Shown piece by piece: positions 27,959-36,429 of a stretch of 64,000 nt of DNA. The stretch is from positions 17,423-81,422 of the forward strand of contig SHXX01000002.1 of assembly GCA_009693165.1 (NCBI GenBank). Reading direction: 5' to 3'. The DNA is from Chloroflexota bacterium (lineage in GTDB: Bacteria > Chloroflexota > UBA11872 > UBA12225). Within the stretch, counting starts at the first letter, position 1. Every line of letters begins with the position of its first letter. The notes under the pieces are model-generated. The model was not told where the DNA came from. It worked only from the letters and a program-made list of their open reading frames with translations, and did not search any database. The position numbers and the translations under genes were made by a program.

Positions 27959-29539
27959 ATGCGTCGACCCGTAGGTATCGAAACTGAATACGGCCTGAAC
28001 TGCGAGGGGTTCTCCGCAACCAGTCCTGGGGCACCAACCGGGCCAACCGATGGCCCGCCCGGGGTTGACTTCGGTTACGAGTGCGCCAGCATCGTCCGTG
28101 CGGTGCCATTCCCCGGGGCGTTCCGCGGTTGGGATTACCGGGGTGAGGATCCGTACCAGGATCTCCGCGGCATGCGTGCCGACCAGCTTGCGCGCGATCC
28201 AAATGACCTTGACGGACCCGACGAGCGAAGCCGGAAACTCAGCCGGGATGAGCTGCTCGCCAACACGGTCCTTCTCAATGGGGCACGCTATTACAACGAC
28301 CACAACCATCCCGAATACTGCACCGAGGCGACCCCAGACCTCTTCGAACTCGTGGCCCAGGACAGGGCAGGCGAGCGGATCGTCCATGCCAGCGAGACGG
28401 CGCGGAACGAAGCACTAGCCCGGGAAGTGGGACCGGCGACGCGGGTTCGGCTTCTGAAGAACAACACCGACTATCACGGGCGTAGCTACGGCATGCACGA
28501 GAACTACCTCTGTGCGCGTTCGACGTCGCTCGACGCACTGGTCAGGGGGATGACCCCCCACCTCGTCACTCGCCAACTTTACGCCGGCGCCGGAAAGGTC
28601 GGCGTCGAGACCTCGGGCGCCCCTATCGCCCCCGGTTTCCAGATGAGCCAACGGGCCGACTTCTTCGAGGAACGGATCGGTATCAACACCACCGCGAAGC
28701 GCCCCATCTTCAACACACGTGACGAACCACACGCGAGCTCGACCCGGTATCGGCGGCTGCATTGCATCGCCGGTGACGCGAACCGCTCGGAGTGGGCAAC
28801 CGCAATGAAGGTCGGGACCACCGCACTGGTCCTTGACCTCATTGAGGATGGGTGGACAGCTGAGTTCGAAATTGCGGATCCGGTCAAGGCCATCAAGGAC
28901 ATATCCCGGGACACCACCATGACCGCAACCGTCCCGATGACCGCGGGACGTCCGATGACCGCAGTCGCTATTCAGCACTTGATCCTCCACGCGTGCCGTG
29001 CCTCGTTTGCCGGGCGTGATCCGGAAACCGATTGGGTGCTTTCGCAGTGGGCAGAGGCGCTTGATGCCCTCGGATCAGACCCGGAAAGACTCGCTACACG
29101 GGTCGACTGGATTATCAAGCGGTCACTCTTCGTCCAGATCGGAACAACTGGCGACCCGCGCACCTGGGGCGATGCCCGCCTTCGTCGATTGGACATGGCC
29201 TATCACATGATCGACCCGCGGGTCAGCCTCTTCGAAACCCTCCGCAAGCAGGGACGTGTCATCAATCTTGTTGATCAAGATCGTCTCGACACGTGCGCCC
29301 AGACGCCACCAGCGGGAACGCGAGGCGCCATCCGCGGCGCACTTCTGGCCCGGTTCGGACCCCAGATCCGGAAACTCGAGTGGGACTCGGTCACGTTTGA
29401 TGTGGGATCCAAGGAATGGCGCCTCGACCTCGAGGACATAACAGGTCCCGTCATCGACCGGGTCATCGAACTCATCGACCGCTCCCCCGATCTCTCAAGC
29501 CTCGTCGCTACCATGAAGGGAGGATCACGTGACGCCTGA
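27959..29539 (+). CDS. dop: Pup deamidase/depupylase-type member of the Pup-ligase family (Dop-like)
   Basis: MRRPVGIETEYG ... GWDYRGEDPYQDLRG ... LLNGARYYNDHNHPEY ... LLKNNTDYHGRSYGMHENYL ... LVTRQLYAGAGKVG ... RPIFNTRDEPHASSTRYRRLHCIAGDANRSEW. About 95 aa separate GIETEYG from NGARYY, and a WDY motif is present. Both match my recollection of the Dop-specific insertion. Confidence 0.85.
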   Translation: MRRPVGIETEYGLNCEGFSATSPGAPTGPTDGPPGVDFGYECASIVRAVPFPGAFRGWDYRGEDPYQDLRGMRADQLARDPNDLDGPDERSRKLSRDELLANTVLLNGARYYNDHNHPEYCTEATPDLFELVAQDRAGERIVHASETARNEALAREVGPATRVRLLKNNTDYHGRSYGMHENYLCARSTSLDALVRGMTPHLVTRQLYAGAGKVGVETSGAPIAPGFQMSQRADFFEERIGINTTAKRPIFNTRDEPHASSTRYRRLHCIAGDANRSEWATAMKVGTTALVLDLIEDGWTAEFEIADPVKAIKDISRDTTMTATVPMTAGRPMTAVAIQHLILHACRASFAGRDPETDWVLSQWAEALDALGSDPERLATRVDWIIKRSLFVQIGTTGDPRTWGDARLRRLDMAYHMIDPRVSLFETLRKQGRVINLVDQDRLDTCAQTPPAGTRGAIRGALLARFGPQIRKLEWDSVTFDVGSKEWRLDLEDITGPVIDRVIELIDRSPDLSSLVATMKGGSRDA

Positions 29540-29729
29540 CACCGTGATCGCGATTGCACCCGAAGCCCCAACCAAACCCGCCGAAACACCCACTGAAGCA
29601 CCATCACGCCCATCATCCGCGCCGGGCGAGACCGATACTGAAAAGTCGTCCGATACCGACCTTGACGACGAGATCCAGCGCATCATCCGGGAAATTCCCG
29701 ACCCGACCCCACAGCCAGGCGGAGAGTAG
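29529..29729 (+). CDS. pup: prokaryotic ubiquitin-like protein (Pup-like), C-terminal GGE
   Basis: 66-aa acidic, Pro/Thr/Glu-rich ORF: MTPDTVIAIAPEAPTKPAETPTEAPSRPSSAPGETDTEKSSDTDLDDEIQRIIREIPDPTPQPGGE. GTG start with GGGAGGA 5 nt upstream. It overlaps the dop 3' end by 11 nt, lies exactly between the two ligase-family paralogs, and ends GGE then TAG. Confidence 0.75.
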   Translation: MTPDTVIAIAPEAPTKPAETPTEAPSRPSSAPGETDTEKSSDTDLDDEIQRIIREIPDPTPQPGGE

Positions 29730-29802
29730 CCTCACATCAAGGCGTGAACGGCGGATGACCGGGTAGCGAAGATTCCGGTGAGGGTGCGGGGACACTGAGC
29801 GA

Positions 29803-31356
29803 ATGGAAAATGCACTCTTTGGCACTGAAACCGAGTACGCAGCCGCCGGGAACATGAGCCCGACCGAGGTCGCCTACCGGATCAAGGATGCCATCTTCGG
29901 TTCCCGGAAGTACGGGCTGATCGAGCCTGCGCCTCGCGAATGGGGTGAGAGCCCCGGCAATGGTGGGTTCCTTTTCAATGGGGGCCGGATGTACCTCGAT
30001 TCCGGCCACCTTGAATACGCAACCCCGGAATGCCGGACGCTGGATGACCTGATCGCCGCCGAACATGCCGGGGACCGCATCCTTCTGTCGATGATTGCCG
30101 AACTCCAACTCAAGGGTGAGGCGTTCTTCATCAAGAACAACACCGACCACTTCGGCAACACCTATGGCTACCACGAGAACTACTGCATCCGGTCAAGTCC
30201 GCGAACTCGCGACTTCGTGGAAAGCGTCCTTCCTTTCCTGGTGACCCGCCAGATCTTTGCTGGTGCCGGCATGTACAAGCCAGCCTCGACCCGTCCTCGC
30301 GCATCCCGCTTCCCTGCCCTTCCGGGAACGGTGGAAGGGTCGCCGCCACCACCGTTCCAAATCAGTCAGCGGGCACCTTTCACGTCAGTGGACGTCAGTC
30401 ACCGCGTCCGGTTCGGGGGTCGGCCGATCCTGAACCTGCGCGATGAATCCCACGCCGGGCGGAGATACAGCCGTCTGCACAACATCATTGGTGACGCGAA
30501 CAGGTCCGAGTTCGCCACCAAACTCAAGATTGGGACGATGGCACTTGTCGCCCAACTTCTGGACGAGGGATGGACATCCGAGGTCGAGATCGAGCTTGAG
30601 GATCCGGTGGCGTCCCTGAAGAAGATCTCGGGCGAGCCAACTGGCACATGGATGGTCAAGCTCGCGAACGGCAGCGAGATGTCCGCGATCGATATCCAGC
30701 GCGTCTACCTCCACGAGGCAACCCGACGATATCTCGGTCGCGATGAGGACACCATCTGGGTCCTTCGCCAATGGGCGTCAGTGCTGAACACACTGGAGAC
30801 CGACCGCTTCCGCCTGGACGGCTACCTCGATTGGGTCACAAAGTTCCTCCAGTTGAAATCCTTTGCCGCAAAGGCAGCCCGCGGGTGGGAGGAACCAGAC
30901 CTCATCAAGCTGGATCTTGCGTACCACCACATCGACCCGTCGGTCAGCCTGTTCAACCTGCTGCAGCGCCAAGGGAAACTCCAGCCGATCGTTGCGCCGG
31001 AGCGCGCCGAAGCAATGATGGTCAATCCGCCCGCTGGATCGCGGGCCAACGCCCGTGGACGGATCGTGCAGGCGATGTCAACTGCTCGCGCCGACAGTGA
31101 CATCAACTGGGCACTCATTTCGCGTCGCCTAGGTGAGCGGGCCAGTTACGGAGACGAACGGACCATGGTGTACGAATACGTCGACACTTATCTCGATGTT
31201 CAGGGCGCCGATGCTTGGAAGCTGATCCCGTACGTGATCGACTGGGGCGCGATCGCCTACAAGAACCATATTCTGGAACTTGGCGACCCATTCAGTGAGT
31301 ACGCAGCCGAAGCCTCCGGGTATTCAGCGACCGTCCCCGACTGGGTCGGAGCCTGA
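29803..31356 (+). CDS. pafA: Pup--protein ligase-type member of the Pup-ligase family (PafA-like)
   Basis: MENALFGTETEYA ... FLFNGGRMYLDSGHLEYATPEC ... FIKNNTDHFGNTYGYHENYC ... LVTRQIFAGAGM ... RPILNLRDESHAGRRYSRLHNIIGDANRSEF. The short (~46 aa) spacing between GTETEY and NGGRMY is PafA-like. At 517 aa it is longer than the ~450 aa I recall for PafA. Confidence 0.85.
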   Translation: MENALFGTETEYAAAGNMSPTEVAYRIKDAIFGSRKYGLIEPAPREWGESPGNGGFLFNGGRMYLDSGHLEYATPECRTLDDLIAAEHAGDRILLSMIAELQLKGEAFFIKNNTDHFGNTYGYHENYCIRSSPRTRDFVESVLPFLVTRQIFAGAGMYKPASTRPRASRFPALPGTVEGSPPPPFQISQRAPFTSVDVSHRVRFGGRPILNLRDESHAGRRYSRLHNIIGDANRSEFATKLKIGTMALVAQLLDEGWTSEVEIELEDPVASLKKISGEPTGTWMVKLANGSEMSAIDIQRVYLHEATRRYLGRDEDTIWVLRQWASVLNTLETDRFRLDGYLDWVTKFLQLKSFAAKAARGWEEPDLIKLDLAYHHIDPSVSLFNLLQRQGKLQPIVAPERAEAMMVNPPAGSRANARGRIVQAMSTARADSDINWALISRRLGERASYGDERTMVYEYVDTYLDVQGADAWKLIPYVIDWGAIAYKNHILELGDPFSEYAAEASGYSATVPDWVGA

Positions 31357-32643
31357 TCACATCTCGTCCGAGGGGTCGGTCCGTATCACCCCTGCGTGTT
31401 CCAGCTGCTTTATCGCCACCGTGTCGTAGCCGAGTTCACCCAGAATTCCTTCGGTGTGCTCGCCGTGGCGCGGCGGACGACCGGGAGGTGCGCTTGCCGC
31501 ACGCGAATGCGTTTCTCCCGTTCGCCACGGTTGCCCGGGTATCCGCACGGCGCCTGCCGGATGCTCAATTTCGTGAAGCAGTCCGCGTTCAGCCACATAC
31601 CGGCTAGATGCCACCTGTCCGATATCACTGATGGGTCCACAGGGAATGCCGGCATCGCGGAAGCGGGACACCCATTCTGCCACCGTGCGCGTCGCCAGCA
31701 CGGAGGCAAGATCAGTGGTAAGTGTGTCCCGGTTGCGCACGCGCAGACCGTTGTCTGCATAGCGTGGGTCCGAAGCCAGATCTGGCCGCTCAATGACCGC
31801 AGTGAACGATAGCCAAAGGCGTTCATTCGGGACCGCGAGCGTGAAGTCCCCGTCAGAAGCACCGAACGCCTGGTACGGCACGATGAAGGGGAAGCGATTT
31901 CCGGACCGCCCCGGAACCCGGCCACTCACCTGGTAACTCACCAAGTGGTAACCCATCAGCGAGACCTGCCCGTCAAAGAGCGCCACGTCAAGAAACGTGC
32001 CCTCGGCCATCGCGTCCCCTGAAGCACGCTTCCGCTCCCGGCCAAGCAAGGCACCAACGATGGCCACCGCAGCATTCGTGCCTGCCAAGATATCGGCCTC
32101 GGCAACGCCCGCCTTCATTGGGCCACCATCCGGATCTCCGGTCACACTCATCAGGCCTCCGGTGCCTTGCACAATCAGGTCATAACCCGGCTCCTGGGAT
32201 CCAGACCCATCCTGACCGTACGCCGAGATTGACGCATACACCACCCCCGGGTTGATCGCCTTCACGCTTGCGTAATCCAGGCCAAGTCTCGCGACAACAC
32301 CAGGCCGGAAATTCTCAACTACGACGTCAGCCTGTTTCGCAAGTTCCAGACAGATCCGAAGCCCGTCAGGGTTCTTGAGATCGACTGCCACGCTTCGCCG
32401 ACTTCGGTTCACTGAAAGGAAATATGCGCTGTCGACACCAAGGAACGGTGGCCCCCACAAACGGGTCTCATCGCCACCGCGGACATCCTCGACCTTGATG
32501 ACATCGGCACCCATGTCCGCAAGCAAGCCAGTGCAGTGCGGACCGGCGAGTGCCCGTGACAAGTCGAGGACCCGGTATCCCGCGAGTGGTCTTCCATGGT
32601 CCACGGCGGTTTGGGCACCTGACCCGCTTCCGTCTCTTGTCAT
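31357..32643 (-). CDS. CaiB/BaiF family (class III) CoA-transferase
   Basis: PLAGYRVLDLSRALAGPHCTGLLADMGADVIKVE ... GGDETR ... VVENFRPGVVARLGLDY ... ISAYGQDG. Confidence 0.88.
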   Translation of the reverse strand: MTRDGSGSGAQTAVDHGRPLAGYRVLDLSRALAGPHCTGLLADMGADVIKVEDVRGGDETRLWGPPFLGVDSAYFLSVNRSRRSVAVDLKNPDGLRICLELAKQADVVVENFRPGVVARLGLDYASVKAINPGVVYASISAYGQDGSGSQEPGYDLIVQGTGGLMSVTGDPDGGPMKAGVAEADILAGTNAAVAIVGALLGRERKRASGDAMAEGTFLDVALFDGQVSLMGYHLVSYQVSGRVPGRSGNRFPFIVPYQAFGASDGDFTLAVPNERLWLSFTAVIERPDLASDPRYADNGLRVRNRDTLTTDLASVLATRTVAEWVSRFRDAGIPCGPISDIGQVASSRYVAERGLLHEIEHPAGAVRIPGQPWRTGETHSRAASAPPGRPPRHGEHTEGILGELGYDTVAIKQLEHAGVIRTDPSDEM

Positions 32644-32835
32644 CGTCGTCGCGCGGTATTGTAGGGCGCGTCAGAGCGGTTCAAGGACGTTTGCCAGGAA
32701 CCAAATCGTAGTGCCCTTAGTCGTGAGGGGTGGGGCGAGGGAAGCGTCTCGTACTCATTGGCGAGAACGCGAACCCAACCAGCGCAACCCCTCGGACCCA
32801 TCACAGCACCCCAGACCGTCGAAAGGAAGAACCTC

Positions 32836-33885
32836 ATGCGAGCACGCGGTGTGGTCTTTACGGGACCCGAACAGGCCGAACTTGAGGAATATGAAGTCAG
32901 CGCCGAGAACCTCGGCCCTCACGAAGCCCTTGTCGAATCCGAATACTCGATCATCAGCGCTGGCACTGAAGGGTCATTCTTCACGAACCTGATGCCCAAG
33001 ACACCACCGATCTATCGTGCGCAACCGATCATCTACCCGGCGCGGACTGGCTACGGCCATCTCGGGACCGTGCTGGCAACCGGGAGTGAGGTGAAGAACA
33101 TCAATCCCGGCGACCGGATCCTGACGTTCAGCCGCCACGGATCTATCGTGCAGGCCAACGCTGCCCGCTTCGCCCTGCAAGTCCCCTCAGACATCGATGG
33201 ACGCCATGCCATCTTCACACGCATGGCGGGGGTCGCAATCTCCGCGGTACGGTCATCGTCGGTCCAGGCCGGCGACCGAGTGGCAATCGTCGGCATGGGT
33301 CTGGTTGGCAACTTCGCCGCGCAACTCTTTCAACTGGCCGGCGCCGAAGTAATCGCGTTCGATATCAGCGAAATGCGTCTGCACCAGGCGCAAGCCTGCG
33401 GCATCGAGAAGGTCTTCAACTCTCGTGAGGTGGACCCCATCGCCGTGGTCCGTGACTGGGTTGGAAGTTCAGACGATCGCGGTGGTGCCACTATCGTCGT
33501 GGAGGCGATCGGGGAGAGTTCCCTGGTTGCGCAAGCCGTGGAAATGTGCGGCCGTCACGGCGAGGTCATCCTGCTGGGGAGCCCGCGTGCACCGTTCCCG
33601 GGCGACCTGACACCAATGCTTGCGCGCATACACCTCCTCGCGATCCGCATGATCGGCGCCCTGGAATGGACCTTCCCAATTTCCGAGAACACCGAACGGG
33701 CCCGTGTCACCATCGAGGGCAACTACCGCCAGATCATGCGTTGGATCCACGACCGTCGCCTCGTCGTGGACCCACTGCTGACCCACGTGCTTTCTCCGGA
33801 AGCATGTCAGGAGGCGTACTTCGGCCTCGCCCACCGGAAGGATGAGTACATCGGCGTCGTCTTTGACTGGTCGCGCCTTCGGTGA
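32836..33885 (+). CDS. medium-chain (zinc-type) alcohol dehydrogenase family oxidoreductase
   Basis: From the ATG at 32836 (RBS GAAAGGAAG): GPHEALVESEYSIISAGTE ... GDRVAIVGMGLVGNFAAQLFQLAGAEVIAFD (Rossmann GxGxxG). The catalytic Zn ligands are not obvious. Confidence 0.75.
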   Translation: MRARGVVFTGPEQAELEEYEVSAENLGPHEALVESEYSIISAGTEGSFFTNLMPKTPPIYRAQPIIYPARTGYGHLGTVLATGSEVKNINPGDRILTFSRHGSIVQANAARFALQVPSDIDGRHAIFTRMAGVAISAVRSSSVQAGDRVAIVGMGLVGNFAAQLFQLAGAEVIAFDISEMRLHQAQACGIEKVFNSREVDPIAVVRDWVGSSDDRGGATIVVEAIGESSLVAQAVEMCGRHGEVILLGSPRAPFPGDLTPMLARIHLLAIRMIGALEWTFPISENTERARVTIEGNYRQIMRWIHDRRLVVDPLLTHVLSPEACQEAYFGLAHRKDEYIGVVFDWSRLR

Positions 33886-33999
33886 ACCACCACGCCCAAC
33901 CTCCTGAGGGTCTCGGACCCAAAGCCATCCGCGCTGCACTGTGGGGGGCAATGGGGTGGACTGCAGGGCCTTGGCACTATCAGTCACGACCGGAAGGGA

Positions 34000-34494
34000 A
34001 TGCCACAGATGGACGACGACGCAACCAACTCCCTGACAACCGTGCGGTCACTTACCGGACAGCGGGTCCGCGCCGAGGCGTTCATCCTGTGCGATGGCGT
34101 TCAGGTCCACGACGGCAAACTCTTCATCCTCGGCGGTGGCTGGGACCGCCTACTCGTTCGCGCATTTCCGGTCGAGCAGACCTTCGCACTCGCGATAAAG
34201 CTTTCGGTGCCTGCAAGCGAGGCGTATCGTCCGATGGCCATGACCCTTGAAGTGCGGGATGAGGAGGGCGCCATTGCGGGTGGACAGGTCCACTCTTCAA
34301 CGATCGAAGTCAGTCGACCGCTGGGCTACGCCCCCCATGAGGATGTGCCGTGTTTCTTCCCGCTTCACGTGGGGCTTGTCGTGCGTCGACCAGAACGTCT
34401 GACATTCGTGCTGTTGATCGATGGAGATCCTATCGCACGTACCAGCATCCGCGTCATTGCACACGCCGACGTAGGCCAACGTCCTCCCAGTTGA
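34000..34494 (+). CDS. hypothetical protein (no recognised family)
   Basis: 164-aa ORF with balanced composition: AFILCDGVQVHDGKLFILGGGWDRLL ... FALAIKLSVP ... LTFVLLIDGDPIARTSIRVI, suggesting a beta-rich fold. GGAAGGGA abuts the first ATG, so the ATG at 34009 may be the real start. Confidence 0.5.
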   Translation: MPQMDDDATNSLTTVRSLTGQRVRAEAFILCDGVQVHDGKLFILGGGWDRLLVRAFPVEQTFALAIKLSVPASEAYRPMAMTLEVRDEEGAIAGGQVHSSTIEVSRPLGYAPHEDVPCFFPLHVGLVVRRPERLTFVLLIDGDPIARTSIRVIAHADVGQRPPS

Positions 34495-34527
34495 ACACAG
34501 TTGGGTATCAAAGCCTGTAAGAAGAAC

Positions 34528-34558
34528 GCGGATGCTGGTCTATCGGGCCGGCATCCGC
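34528..34558. terminator. hairpin between convergent genes (candidate bidirectional terminator)
   Basis: GCGGATGC (34528-34535) pairs with GCATCCGC (34551-34558). The stem extends inward through G-C and G-U pairs to ~13 bp with a 5-nt loop. It lies between the TGA at 34492-34494 and the minus-strand stop at 34570-34572. Confidence 0.5.
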
Positions 34559-34569
34559 AATCCTCCAGA

Positions 34570-36429
34570 CTACGATCCCCCGACGTTGACTTCCTCTGGC
34601 TCATCGGCCGAGGACGCAAACCCAAGCGTGTAGAGACGGAAGTAGTACCCCTCCATCGCGAGGAGCTCCTCGTGCGTCCCCTGCTCGACGATGGTTCCGC
34701 CGTCGATGACAAGGATGCGGGTCGCGCGCTTAACCGTCGAGAGGCGATGGGCAATGATGAACGCCGTCCGGCCCGCAAGGACGCGATCAAGCGCCGTCTG
34801 AATGGATGCCTCGGTTTCGGTATCCACCGACGACGTGGCCTCGTCAAGGATCAGGACGCGAGGCGAGGCAAGAAACGCCCGAGCCAATGAGATCAATTGC
34901 CTCTGGCCCCCGCTCAGGTTGCCGCCACGTTCCTCCACCGTCGCATCCCACGAACCGGGCAGCGCCTCGATAAACTCCCGAAGACCGACGACCTCCGCCG
35001 CATCACGGATCGCCTTCGACCCCTCCGGCGTATCAAGCATTTCCGGACGGCCGAATGCAATGTTCTCACGAATCGTTCCCGCGAACAGGAATGGTTCCTG
35101 CAGCACGAGACCCATCTGGCGCCGCAGACTGCGTTGGGTCACATCCCGCACATCGTGGCCATCGATCAGCACGCGACCGCCCTGGACATCGTAGAACCGC
35201 ATGAGAAGCCGGATGATGGTGCTCTTGCCTGCCCCAGTCCGGCCGACAAGTGCAATCCGGTCGCCGGGATTTGCCTCAAGTGACACGTTTCCCAGGATTG
35301 CCGTTTCCCGGTTGTACCCAAATGTTGTCGCATCAAACTGAACATGTCCCGTAATCGGGGGCATCTCGTACGCACCCGGTGCATCCTCGACATCGGGCTT
35401 CAGGTCGAGGAGGTGAAAGATCCGTTCGCCCGCCGCCAACGCCGCCTGCACCTGGTCCCACCGCGCCGCAAGGTCCCGCATCGGTTCAAAGAACCGGGAC
35501 GAGTACAGCATGAATGCGGTGAGGATGCCGATGCTCATCTCGGGGGACGAATCACCGAGGATCCAGTTCCCACCGACGTACAGCAGCAATCCCGTCGCGC
35601 CCGCGTCGATCAGGTCAAGGATCGGGATTACCCCGGCGTGGAAGAAAATCGCGTCCTTCTGAGCGCGAACGTTCTCGCGGTTGATGTCGTCGAACTCATC
35701 AAAGTTCCTGCCTTCCCGCTGAAAGGCCTGGATGAGTTTCATCCCGACGATGTTCTCGGCCAAGTTCGCATTCACCGCCGAAACGGTCTGCCGGATGCGC
35801 CGGTACGCGGGGCGGGAACCAGACGCGAACCAACGGGCCAGTGCGTACATGATCGGAAGGACGATCATCGTCACGAGCGTCAGCCGAACGCTCATGGAGA
35901 ACATCAGCGCAATCGTTCCGAGCAGCATGAAGACGTCTGCCACCGACTGCAACAGCCCTTGCGTCAGGACTTCGTTTACCGCGGAGACATCGCTTGTGTT
36001 GCGGGAAATGATGTGCCCAATGCGCTCCCGATCGTAGTAGCGGAGGCTCAACTTCTGGAGATGCGCAAACATGTCGGTTCGCAGCGTGTAGAGGATCCGT
36101 TGTCCCACCCACGAAAGCACCCAAGTCTGCAGGTAGGTGGCACCCCATGTGATCACGAGGGTGCACACGTAGGCAAGTGCCCACAGGTTCAGTTCAGCCA
36201 ATTGACCCTGCAAGATTCCCCGGTCAATTGAGAACTGGATGATCCGCGGTTGAAGCAGCGTCGCCGCTGAGGCGAGTAGTATCAGTCCAAGCGATATCCA
36301 GAGGCGAGTGTGGTAGGGCCTGAGTAACGCCCATGCCCGGATGACCACTTCGCGGTCTGAGGTCAAACGCGCATCATCGTCGTACGCGCCACCCTGGCCG
36401 GGTGTCGGTTGGGCCCCCTGACCAATCAT
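34570..36429 (-). CDS. ABC exporter, fused permease/ATPase (type I exporter half-transporter)
   Basis: Six-TM N-terminal domain followed by Walker A GRTGAGKST, signature LSGGQRQ and Walker B VLILDEATSSVD. Confidence 0.9.
   Translation of the reverse strand: MIGQGAQPTPGQGGAYDDDARLTSDREVVIRAWALLRPYHTRLWISLGLILLASAATLLQPRIIQFSIDRGILQGQLAELNLWALAYVCTLVITWGATYLQTWVLSWVGQRILYTLRTDMFAHLQKLSLRYYDRERIGHIISRNTSDVSAVNEVLTQGLLQSVADVFMLLGTIALMFSMSVRLTLVTMIVLPIMYALARWFASGSRPAYRRIRQTVSAVNANLAENIVGMKLIQAFQREGRNFDEFDDINRENVRAQKDAIFFHAGVIPILDLIDAGATGLLLYVGGNWILGDSSPEMSIGILTAFMLYSSRFFEPMRDLAARWDQVQAALAAGERIFHLLDLKPDVEDAPGAYEMPPITGHVQFDATTFGYNRETAILGNVSLEANPGDRIALVGRTGAGKSTIIRLLMRFYDVQGGRVLIDGHDVRDVTQRSLRRQMGLVLQEPFLFAGTIRENIAFGRPEMLDTPEGSKAIRDAAEVVGLREFIEALPGSWDATVEERGGNLSGGQRQLISLARAFLASPRVLILDEATSSVDTETEASIQTALDRVLAGRTAFIIAHRLSTVKRATRILVIDGGTIVEQGTHEELLAMEGYYFRLYTLGFASSADEPEEVNVGGS

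Noticed and set aside
27830-28387. 186-aa N-terminal extension of the enolase-superfamily ORF (track 26639-28387)
   Set aside because: The extension overlaps the dop coding region on the other strand. Homology to the enolase superfamily begins only after the ATG at 27829/27823, which has a strong AAGGAGGG RBS.
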